From: Candidatus Poribacteria bacterium
GTDB taxonomy: Bacteria; Poribacteria; WGA-4E; UBA9662
Assembly (NCBI GenBank): GCA_036339735.1
Contig: JAYZAL010000027.1
Coordinates: 1 to 48,077 of the forward strand
Reading direction: 5' to 3'
DNA: 48,077 nt
The notes under the pieces were generated by a model. That model ran no database searches. It was given only the letters and a program-made list of their open reading frames with translations, and was not told the DNA's origin. The position numbers and the translations under genes were made by a program. Below are positions 1-11,400 of this stretch, one piece after another (the stretch's first letter is position 1; every line of letters begins with the position of its first letter).

Positions 1-951
1 ATGTGGTGCTACATTTAGCTGATATACATCAGCTAAATCACCAATTTTTTTGGATTGTGAAAATCCATTCCAAGGAATATCGATCATAAAAATATCTGCT
101 GCCCGAGCATCAAAGTAAGGTAAAAACTCCCTCATATAGAACAGATTTTCACCGGTACAAATCTTAGTCGAAGTCGAGTCTTTAATCTGGCGTATAGCTT
201 GGTGGTCATACATATCAATTTCCAACCACAGAAGATCAAAAGGCTCCAAAATTTGGGCAATCCGCATACAAGCTTCGGGTTTAAAATTAAAATTGAGATC
301 CAGATTGATATCAACTCCGGAACCAACTGACGAACGGAAGGTGCCAATCAAGTTTTCAATATGATCTAGCATTTCATTACTGACTGTTCCATCAGTGGTA
401 CCAGGGGGGCCGCCAAAACCAGTAAAATAAACCGAAGCCGGTTCACCTGGTAAAATAATATTTGTTTTGAGGGCCGTGAAACCTTGGCTGACAACTTCAC
501 GCCCTAAGTCAGCGATATCTTCCATAGTTTTAAGAGGAGGTGTCCCCAATAGTTCCGAGCTAGTTGCCCTAGAGGTTCCACAATGAGACCAGTAAACACG
601 TACGTCTTTTCGGGTTGGTCCACCAAATAATTCTACTACTGAAATACCCAAAGCTTTGGCTTTGATATCAATTAAGGCTAATTCAATACCGGCAATGGCT
701 TTAGCGACGATACCACCCGGGCTTTGTCGGGTACCTCGAATCAGATCCCAAAATCTCATTTCATAAGGCCGTGGATCCTGATTGATCAACAATGGTTTCA
801 TATCCTCGACAGCTCCAACCACCGCCTTGGGATTACGACCATCACTGCACTCCCCAAAACCTGTAATTCCCTGATCTGTGTCGATCTGAACAAAAATCCA
901 CGGTCGCCAGCCTGCATCTACTACATAGGTTTCAACGTTGGTTACTTTCAT
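1..951 (-). CDS. Mandelate racemase/galactonate dehydratase-like enolase-superfamily enzyme, truncated at the left window edge (absent from the ORF track)
   Basis: Manual translation from ATG at 951: MKVTNVETYVVDAGWRPWIFVQIDTDQGITGFGE...AIAGIELALIDIKAKALG...DLN...WLE...TGEN...VAPH. The frame stays open to position 1. Confidence 0.9.
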   Translation of the reverse strand, partial: MKVTNVETYVVDAGWRPWIFVQIDTDQGITGFGECSDGRNPKAVVGAVEDMKPLLINQDPRPYEMRFWDLIRGTRQSPGGIVAKAIAGIELALIDIKAKALGISVVELFGGPTRKDVRVYWSHCGTSRATSSELLGTPPLKTMEDIADLGREVVSQGFTALKTNIILPGEPASVYFTGFGGPPGTTDGTVSNEMLDHIENLIGTFRSSVGSGVDINLDLNFNFKPEACMRIAQILEPFDLLWLEIDMYDHQAIRQIKDSTSTKICTGENLFYMREFLPYFDARAADIFMIDIPWNGFSQSKKIGDLADVYQLNVAPH

Positions 952-992
952 TATTGATTGAACTCCATTTTATTATCGTGCTATGGATAGGT

Positions 993-1021
993 TTGACACT
1001 CATCCGGTCGGTATCTATAAT
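993..1021 (+). promoter_or_regulatory. Sigma-70 promoter of the sulfatase gene
   Basis: Perfect consensus TTGACA-17nt-TATAAT, 38 nt before the GTG start. Confidence 0.8.
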
Positions 1022-1059
1022 AGCTGTTTATTATTTCGCCTCGCTAATCGGAGTATTTT

Positions 1060-2466
1060 GTGAGTAATCCCAGCAGAAGACCGAATATTTTGTTCATCAT
1101 GTCTGACGACCACGCTTCACATGCCATCAGTGCTTATGGTAGTCGCATCAACCAAACCCCCAATATCGACCGTATAGCAAAAGAAGGTATCAGGTTTAAC
1201 AACTGTTTTTGTACCAATTCGATTTGCACACCGAGTAGGGCTACCATTCTAACGGGAACCTATAATCACGTCAATAACGTGACTACACTTAGCTCGAAGT
1301 TAGATGGCCGGCTGACAACTTTTCCCAAGCTACTACAGGCAGAGGGTTATCAAACAGCCATCGTTGGTAAATGGCATCTAGGTCATGGTGGACATGCTGA
1401 TCCGACTGGATTTGATTACTGGAATGTTCTACCAGGCCAAGGACTCTACCACGATCCTGAAATGATTGACATGGGGGAGAAAAAGGTTTATCCGGGTTAC
1501 GTTACCGATATTATTACCGATTTGTCGCTAGATTGGCTAAAAGAGAGAGATCCGGAACAGCCATTTATGTTGATGACACATCATAAAGCACCTCATCGTC
1601 CTTGGGATCCAGATGAAAAATTGATGCATCTATATCAAAATACAGATATACCTGAACCGGAAACTTTTCATGATGATTATAGCAATCGAGCATCAGCAGC
1701 TAGGGAAGCTAAGATGCGAGTTGATCGTGATATGACTGATCGGGACTTGAAATATCCTGTTCCTGAAGGGTTAACTTCAGCCGAAGAAAAACAGTGGAAA
1801 TATCAAAGATATATTAAAGATTATCTAAGGTGTGTAGCTTCCATCGACAATAATGTTGGTCGAATGTTGGATTACCTTGACCAAGAAGGATTAGCTGAAA
1901 ATACAATAGTAGTCTACACTTCTGATCAAGGTTTTTTTCTAGGTGACCATGGCTGGTATGACAAGCGCTTTATGTATGAGGAGTCGTTACGGATGCCGTT
2001 TGTAATGCGTTACCCAAGAGAAATTGAGGCTGGAAGTATCAATGATGAGATGATACTCAATCTGGATTTCGCTCAAACTTTCCTTGACTGTACAGATGTG
2101 GATCAGACAGACGAAATGCAGGGCCGCAGTTTTCGCCCTCTCATGAATGGAAAAACCATAGAAGATTGGCGAACTTCAATGTATTATCGCTACTGGATGC
2201 ATTTGGCTCATCACCATGTCTATGCACACTATGGCTTAAGAACACATGACTACAAGTTGATCTACTACTATGCTGATGGCCTCGGCACCCCAGGCTCAGC
2301 TGATGATCCTAAACCACCTGAATGGGAATTGTTTGATTTGAAAAAAGACCCACACGAAATCAACAGTGTTTATGATAATCCGGATTACTCTGAGATCCAA
2401 GCTCAGCTGACTTCTGAATTGTACCAATTACAGTCGAAATTCGGGGACCAACCCTATCAATCTTAG
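1060..2466 (+). CDS. Cys-type formylglycine-dependent sulfatase (arylsulfatase A family), no signal peptide
   Basis: RPNILFIMSDD, catalytic CTPSR (CxPxR) followed by TG, GKWHLG, YTSDQG, DKRFMYEES, ELFDLKKDPHE. Confidence 0.95.
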   Translation: MSNPSRRPNILFIMSDDHASHAISAYGSRINQTPNIDRIAKEGIRFNNCFCTNSICTPSRATILTGTYNHVNNVTTLSSKLDGRLTTFPKLLQAEGYQTAIVGKWHLGHGGHADPTGFDYWNVLPGQGLYHDPEMIDMGEKKVYPGYVTDIITDLSLDWLKERDPEQPFMLMTHHKAPHRPWDPDEKLMHLYQNTDIPEPETFHDDYSNRASAAREAKMRVDRDMTDRDLKYPVPEGLTSAEEKQWKYQRYIKDYLRCVASIDNNVGRMLDYLDQEGLAENTIVVYTSDQGFFLGDHGWYDKRFMYEESLRMPFVMRYPREIEAGSINDEMILNLDFAQTFLDCTDVDQTDEMQGRSFRPLMNGKTIEDWRTSMYYRYWMHLAHHHVYAHYGLRTHDYKLIYYYADGLGTPGSADDPKPPEWELFDLKKDPHEINSVYDNPDYSEIQAQLTSELYQLQSKFGDQPYQS

Positions 2467-5400
2467 GGCTCATCAGCCACCGCACTGAGTGGGGCAAGAA
2501 TCAGGAATGCTTGTCCCACTCTCACTGCCCTATCTTCAACCGTATTAATATCTGCTGCGGAGATGGTCCGAAATCTTCCTCTATCTCCAATCACTATTGA
2601 GATAGGAAGATCTTTTAAACCTTCCAACTCAAAAAGATCTTCTAGCGTTTTAAAGTGGCTATTGTATGGTATACCAATCAAGTTAACACCAGCCTTCAAG
2701 TCCACGGGCAAAATAGGTCGTTGTTTCCCACTCAATTTCAGCTTGATATCGTCTGTGTTCGGTCTAGTGAGGACCAACATGCCAACCTTCGGATCCAAAG
2801 GTTGATCAGCTAATCTACCCCTTGATTCGGATCCTAAATAACTTCTCCACACTTTATCTCGATGATGGTAAGTAATCAGATGGCTGATTTTATCGGATCC
2901 GATGACGGAAAATAGGTCGCCTACAGTTTTAATATTTATTGGTTGATCATTAATTTTAGTAATTTCTAGTGGTAAATTAATAAAGCTCAGACCTGTTGGG
3001 ATAATCATTTCCAATGTTCTGTAAGCAGAGAACTCGACCATCATCTCTAATTCTGAACGATTACCGGCTAAATCTTGGGCTACAATACGAACAGACTTAA
3101 GTCCGCTAGGCTCCGTTGTGTTTTGATCGATAGCCAATTGGGTCGAGAAAAACTGACCTGTTTTTGCCATTTTTTTTAGTCTTGGTAGTTTCTTATCCAA
3201 AGCTGAAATGTCCACCCAGACTTCCGCTGGAATTTCGGTTTCGAACTCAACCTTCATAGAGCTGTTTTGATTATTTGTTACAACAACCAACGGATCTGAT
3301 GGCTGCTGAATGCCATTTATGTAGACATTTGCTGGTAAAAGTAATGGAGGTTGTGTGTCCAGACTGAATGCCGAATCAATAATTCTTTGTCCCTGACCTA
3401 ACTCTATTATTAAACTGTACATACCATCCATCGATTGATCACCAAGCTGATTTACAATTAATTCTCCTTTATAGATACCTGCGTTCATTGTTGATTCAGC
3501 TAGTGGTATGCTTGCAATTGTGGCATTCTCCCTTGATCGTAATGATATCTCACCCGATAGTTCAGGCACACCAATAACAACAATCTCCATTTCTTGGTTC
3601 AGTTTCAACGGAGTTGCAACCGATCCTGGTTGCCAACGTTGACCTCCAATCTGAACTTCGATAATCGGACTTTCAAAAGCTATCGGAAAGACTGAAGCTG
3701 GAAATAAATCTTTTGTTGATTCTAAATCCCGAACCCGAACTGTTAGCAAAGATAAGCCTGGTTCTGTATCGGTATAACTAACACTCACTCTGGGTTGATT
3801 AATTTCGAGAGCTGTAATCGGCTGATTAACTTGATTAAAAAACTGGCCACTAGGTTGATCAGATTCGAACAAAATCATTAATTGACCGGCAGGGTTATAG
3901 TTTTCCCCCAATAAGTCTTGTAAACCGATATTCAGCGGAATTTTCTCTCCTACATATCTTTTTGGAATTTGATTCAAATCGATCTTAGGTTGAACTCGAG
4001 GTGGGTCATTGATCGGATTAACCCTAACTTGTATTGGTACAACAAGTTGACTACCATGTTGATCAATAGCGGTTAAGGATAACTGCGTAGTTCCATACTG
4101 ATCAGTTTTGGGAATTAATGTTAGCTGTTCTTTCTCTAAAACTGCGTGTAATAACTGATTACCACTAACTTCATATCGAAGTTGGTCCCCATTGGTTAAG
4201 ATATCAGGATCACTAAAAACACCAGCGATACTAAATTGATAACCACTGCTATCCTCATCCATCTCGATTAGTTGTAATTGATCCACCACGAGATTTGGAG
4301 GATCATTAACAGGTTGAATTTGGACCTCAAATTCTGTTTCGGCCTTAGCATTTAGCATATCTAAGGCTGTGACTGTAACTTTGGTAATACCGTTGCGATC
4401 ATCTCTGGGTACTAATTTCAATTCATTACCCATTATCGTCAACACCAGCAAGTTGTTAGTTTCTTCAGATGTGAAGCGAAGATTGTCAGAAAGAGTATTA
4501 TTGGCAGATACTGATTTGACATCTAGATCATCGAAAATTTCATCCAAATTGAAAGTGATCGCAGATCCATCTTCTAACAACAATAGGTCCTCAATTTCTT
4601 CGATCACAGTCGGAGGATGGTTACCTGTAAACTTTTTTATTCTTAATTTATGGCTAGCAGTCAATCCAGCTTTATCGCTAGCAACAATTATTAGTTCAAA
4701 TTGGTCTGATTCTTCATCGAATGGGTTAACCAATGTTAGCCTTAACAGCTCAGGATCAATCAACTCAGTTTCAACAGGTGAATTTTCAGCTTTGACCTGA
4801 AAGGTTAATTGATCGTCGTCCGTCTCTACATCTGGGTCAATAAATATAGCACTTAAATCGATAGTTGTTGACTGATTCCAGTTGATTTCAACTTCGCTGA
4901 CAGCCTGTTTCATTTCAGGTTTGTCGTTGACAGGTTGAATTGTTACAGAGAAAGTTTGATCTTGGCTAGCAGCAGATTGATCGGTTGCCGTAATAGTGAC
5001 ATCCACCGTACCGTGTTGGTTAGGATTGGGAGTCAACTCTAGAACGGTTTCTACCCCCGAGTCAGTCTGATCAACAGTCCTAATCTTATAATCTAATATC
5101 TGTCTTCCTTTTTCCTCTTTTTGATTTACCTCGGCGCTAAATTCCAACTTATCTTTCCATAATGAATCAGCATCTGAAAAATAAGGGCTGGTACCATCTT
5201 GATTTCTTAAGATGATAACTTGCTTTTGGTCTTCGTTCAAAATAAGATCAGGCAACAACAAACTAGATATTGGTGGATCGTTGATCGATTTGACTGATAC
5301 ATTTATCGCTGCACGAACCGTTTGGTTGGCACTATCAGTTGCTGATAGGGTAATTTTGGTGTTTCCGTGCCAATTAGCTTCGACCGGCTTCAAAAGCAAT

Positions 5401-8400
5401 TTAGCCGATTGATTGACAGTAGCTGGCTGTATTGTAGCCTTTATCTCTGTTGATGAGCCCGACTCCACTCGGAAAGTCAATCCATTTAAATCGTCCACAT
5501 CGCTGAAAATCTGGTTAAGAAGAACAGTCTTGTCTTGATCTTCTTCCATTTCGACAGTATAAAGTGGGAACGTCGTCAGATTGTCTTCACCAACTTTAAT
5601 ATCTAGTCCTACTGTGTTGACTGAGCTATCTTCTATAAATAGATCTGATGATAATTGTATTTCTTCTATATCCAACCCAAAATTGTCCAAATGATCATTT
5701 GTTAAATCAATTTGTTTCTGATCAATAATTCGTCGATTATCCAAAACCAAGCGTAAATCTAAAATGTCCCCATTTTGAGCCAAAACTGGAAAGTCAAATA
5801 AGATAAAACGAAAAATTCTTCTTGCTACGGGCTTAGAATCCTGTTTTACCAAATTCAAGGTGTTAACTATTGGTTTTGAACGGATAGTTTTACCATCAGC
5901 TGAGATAATTTGACTAATCATCTCGAATCTGTGGTTGTTCAGATTGGGAAGGTCTGCGGCGCTGGTTGAACTCGATAAAAACAAGCTACCATTTACAATT
6001 AATACGCAAGTTTCAGACGCCGGACTATATTCTGCAACGGGGGGAATATCAATTAACGTGATTGGTTCTGTAACTTGATGAAAACTCAACCCAACATCTG
6101 CAATCGATAGTTCGATCGTAGGACGACCAATTCCGGAGCTATTTACTCGTATGATATAAGCTTCACCGGTTGGGGTGGAGGATACTCCAACCAACCAGTC
6201 AGTTGAGATTTCTTTCAATTTCCCTGAGCTTATTCTCCCAACTTCCATTGATTCAACATAATTATCAATCTGAGAATCGACAGAAGGCCGGCCGATCAAA
6301 TTGTAACCATTGGATAAATTAATTGGGGGTGAAACTTCCTCAGAGCGAATTGCTTTCACTTTTAACGTGATCGGTTGAGCTAAAGGAGACCGAACTATCA
6401 TTATTCCTTGGCTTGGGTTGATAGGTTTATTTATGTCTCCCAAGAATTGATATGGTTGCCATTTGTTGCTGACTGATTCTGGGTGAATTAAAGCTAGTAA
6501 TTGCTGGTCAGTATTGAGAAGAAGATACAGAGCAGCTAATGAGTCAAGAGAGACCTCATCATCATTAATGCTGTAAACCTTCTGAGGTAACTGGATTAGA
6601 GACAAACCTTGTGGAATCACCAAATCGTATTCGTAATAATTATTAACATCAAATTCGATGGGCAGTTCGGTTATCATTGATACATTACCAGCCAAATCAG
6701 TCGCCCAAATTTTGATAGGGTATTGGCCAGACATAATTTCGGTTTGGATTGGGATAGAGAATTGGCCAACGTACGTTTCTGATTGCCCCACCGCTTCTAG
6801 TTGTATAATATGAGGTCCTTCCAGAGGCACAAATGAGCCAATGTCTGCCTCAACTGTCAATCCAGATTCTGCATCTACCATTACAGCTGAAGTTTCGCCG
6901 TTGTTTAGCCGCTGACGATTGCCATTCAGGTGAGCTGATAAAATTTGAGGGGATTGATTATCAACTTTAATCAAAATTTCAGTAGAATCACGATGCTTCA
7001 AACTACCAATCAGGTGATCAAATTTGAACGTAATTGGGTATTGGCCATCATCTAGGGCTAACTGATTGGCGTTGATGTCCGTTATCGCACTCGCTTCAAT
7101 TACTTCAAAATCACACCTGTAATTTCCCCGGTGAGTAGCAACAAGTGGGAGTTCATAACCAGCAATCTGCATCTGGCCAGTCAGATCTAAGCGACCATTG
7201 CTAGTAATAACAACGACAGAGACAGTCGTATTGGCTCTTATGTTACCGTGCGATGGTACCAGAACAACTTCAGCAATATTACTGACTACGGATAAATTGA
7301 GACCTCCTGATTCCCAATTAGCTGAGTTAGCATTTAATTGAACCGAACCGGGTTGGGTTTGCTGGTAAAAAACCTGAACTGAATCCTTCAGTTCAGGAAT
7401 AGTAACAGTTGTAATTTCCCAACCGTTACTATCAATAAACTTTCCATTAGTTGGCTCGCCAAGAACTATGTTATTGGCTGTTAACTGTACGGATACCGGT
7501 ACAACTGTTTGATACCCGTTATCATTAGTATCCAGTAGTGAAACGACTAGAGGAATCCAGTCTCCAATCTGATAGTATGATTGAGAACGGTTTGAAAAAG
7601 CTAATGAATCATGTTTCATCTCCAGACGACTGGGTTTTGGAGCGTTAATCGTAGTTCCTACTTGCTCCATATCTGTCGCTACAATCTCAACTTTTTGATC
7701 GCTTACATAACTAGCAGTTGGGCGAACTACACATCGAAAACCATATTCTGTACTGTGTGTTAATGCTGGTAATGAAATGCGAGCCGAAATAACCAAATCG
7801 TCTTCCGTACTATTCCAAGATCCACCACGCGCAACCATTATTCGGTCATTATTAACTTGTTGGTAACCATTGACAGCTGAAGCTATGTCATAGTAACCCG
7901 CTACGGGGTTTTTTAATGGACTGAAATGATAGAAATCTTCTTGGTAGGTATCCAAACACCATTCAGCCACATTACCCAACATATCATATAAACCATACCC
8001 ATTTTCATCTAATTGCCCAACCTTTGCAGTTTCAGTCCAAATATCTCTACCTTCAGTATTTTGATAATTCGCCTCATCACGAGAAATATCATCACCATTG
8101 AGATACTTTTGTCCCACTAACCCACCTCGAGCTGCATATTCCCATTCGGCTTCTGTTGGCAAACGCTTACCAGCCCACTGTGCATAGGCCATAGCATCTC
8201 TCCAACTAACACCAACAACCGGTTGGTCATTTTGATTTAAATTGGCGTAATTCAGTGTGTTCCATAAACTGGGTTCTGCGTGACCTGTATCTTCAATGAA
8301 ACGCCGATATTGGGCATTAGTCACTTCGTATTTATCGATATAGAAACTAGAAATTTCAACAGGGTGTACAGCTTGATCGACGGGATTATTAATGTGGTCT

Positions 8401-11400
8401 CCCATTTGGAATCCACCAGCCGGTATTTTTACCATTCTGGCTCCGTCCGACGGCCAAGTTATTTCTGCCTGTCCTGTAGTGGCTGATGGTTGTTGATTAA
8501 GTTTAAGTGCAATTGGAATGATGATAGGTGCTAACTTGTCTATTTCGATAATTAGCTTAATCCCATCTAATGGTAATGGTGAAAAGTGTAAATCTAAGCC
8601 GGGTGTTAATTTGAATGGTATGTCCAATGATTGGTTGACGGCAATCCGATTGTCCATGGATTGGCTAAACAATTGTTGTGTGTATTTAGATAATTCGATC
8701 GAATCTATGCCCGACCAATTAGCATAAATATCCTTGATGTTTAGCATTGTCTGGCCTGTATTTTTTAAGGTTACAGTTTTGACCACTGGTTCTTGTATAT
8801 TATCCTGGCTCGTATTTAACTCCAAATTAATACTCGATGGTTCCCAATCCACAGTACGAACGAAAGTCAGCTCAACTCGGAAGTGAATTTCATCTGCATT
8901 CTCGCCTTGGATATCCTTAGCCCTAACAACTAATTGAGTTGAACCTTCCACAAATTCATTAAAGTCCAGCTTTAACAGGCCATCTGATTTTACAGCTAGT
9001 TTGGCTTTGCCCGTGTTTGGATCTACCATAGAATTATTGAATAGTCCACTGCGGGATAGAGTAAGTGTCCCATTCAAATCCCCTGCTAGATATTGGTGAT
9101 CTAACATAAAAGTTAAACTACTACCATCCTCGAAATTAAATTCAACCGTCTGATTGACAGTTTGGGGACTGACTGTAGCTGAAATTCGGTCTTGTTGATC
9201 TTTGGTCTTGATCGTTAATCCAGAATCAATAAAAGTAAAGGTACTAGTCATTAACAAATCATCAAAATGATCAATTCCACCATGTTGGTAGTTTATAGTG
9301 TCAGTATCAATCCACTTCAAAGCTGTACCATCATAGAGATAGCTGATTGGCTCAGCTGTTTCCACTTCGAAGGTTAATCTATCACCAACGTTAAAATCTG
9401 GGTCAGTAAAATATTGACTCAAATCGATTATTCTATCTTGGTCATAAGGCGAACCAGTAAGATCATCAATTTGAGAAATTGTTTCTGGTTTCTGGTTTTT
9501 TAACGTCATGATGTAGCTTAAATGTCTGGCCTCTGATACTAGCATCGAACCAACACGCGTAGTAGGTAAGAATTCCAACCTACTTCCATCAGTAGATGCC
9601 AAAGCAATTGTGTCTGCTTGTTCGGATGGGATTTGAATTTCCATCGGTTGTTCATTCAGTTGGGTCACGTCTTGACCAGTCGAATCAGTTATTTTGACTT
9701 CTAACATGTGTTCAATGTCGAGTCTTTGCTGAAGTATCGATTTGAGACCGACATTAGGTATCTCTGAAATCTTGGCTTGTCTAGCTATCTTGAACTGCAT
9801 TACTGCTGCGGTTGGAGGTATAGTCAATAATGCTTGTTGCCCGCCCAACTTGATTGACTCAACCTGTGCTTGGCTTGGTGAATCGATAGCTAGTGCAATG
9901 TCCCAATTCACAACTAATGTGGACAGATGGTCTTCGGTAATAGTCAACTGTTGACTAGTTAAGACACGACTACCGTTGGTTGAAGTCTGGATTAGAAATC
10001 GTTCGATTTGATCATTGAGACGAACCAAGGTATGAGGATGAACCCAGGTTAGACGAAATTGCCCGGCTCGATCTATCTTCAAAGGTTCCTCTGCCATTGG
10101 AGTTGGGTTTAGTTTAGGGTTGATCAGTCGGTAGCTTAAAGACGACGTCTCCATTTCTGTGATGACTCGACCTGATCGATCTCTCAAGCGACCATGAATT
10201 TGTAATATGGGAGACGATTGTGGAATTGAATAAGGAAGTAAGACTTGACCTTCCGTCAACGGCCAATCAACACCACTAACCGTCAGTTTGTTAGCCCCCA
10301 AGGTTTCAATAAAAAAAGCGGCTCCACCCTGAACAGGTACAGTATTTAAGTCTGGCTTATTCCATGGATCTCCAGCCACTACTACACTGATCAAATCGTT
10401 CGGGATACTCATGGAATTGGGCAAATTCAATAAGTTTTCACTATCCATAATGTCAGGCTTAATTGACAGACCAATCAAATTCCATCCCTGATTTAGAATT
10501 ATTACCTGACTATTCACACCATTACTGCTTGACCAATTACGACCTTCTACCTTTAGTGAAATTGCTTCAACAGTGTTGGGCCTTACGACTAGTAAACCCC
10601 TATCAGCAGTTAAATCTAAATTAGATTTTAGATCGTGTGGATAACTTTTCCAGTTTTGGCTAGAAAGATCTTGGGTAACAATAAAACGAACATCTGTAGT
10701 CCCGGGTATTGTATTTTCCAGTACATCATATAAATCACTAATCTTGGTTAGTGGTTGATAAGTTCCGTTGATAAACCGAATTTGTAATGGTATGTGTAAG
10801 AGGCTTATACCAGCAGGAATTTCGACATCTAAACTCTCAAAATCAATCTCTACATCTAAAGACAGATTGGTTGGATGAGAAATCAATTGTCCACTCGGTG
10901 ATCCTTGAGTCGACAGATTGAAGGTTAATGGTCTCACCGGAGGTACAATTGAAATGGGGTTGAAGATCAGCTTTATAGTTTGATTTTCTGCTAACTCTTC
11001 GATAGGTACGATTATCTCACCATTTTCCTGATCTTCGATTTCGAAAGTCCAATTGCCGACTAATCCTTCGCTAATGACTTGAAAATTGTCTGCTGTGGGG
11101 GTTATCCAGTTTCCTGGTTGTTCCAACCTAATTCTTCCACCATTCATCTGGCCCATTGCAGTATAGGTGAGTTCTAAGCTGCCAGATTCGCCAGCTTTCA
11201 GGATTGTTGAGTCAGTGTTTGCATCCTTGGCTAGGCTAGCCAGATTCCCGGAACCGTCCTCTGCCTGAATCGTCAACAAATCAGTCTTCAGCATTGATTC
11301 ACTGAAGTTAGAAGATTGATCAATTTGCTGGTATCCGGTGGTCCACAATTTAAAATCGCTACCCAAACGAATTAATTTCGAATCTGAAATTGAAATTGTA

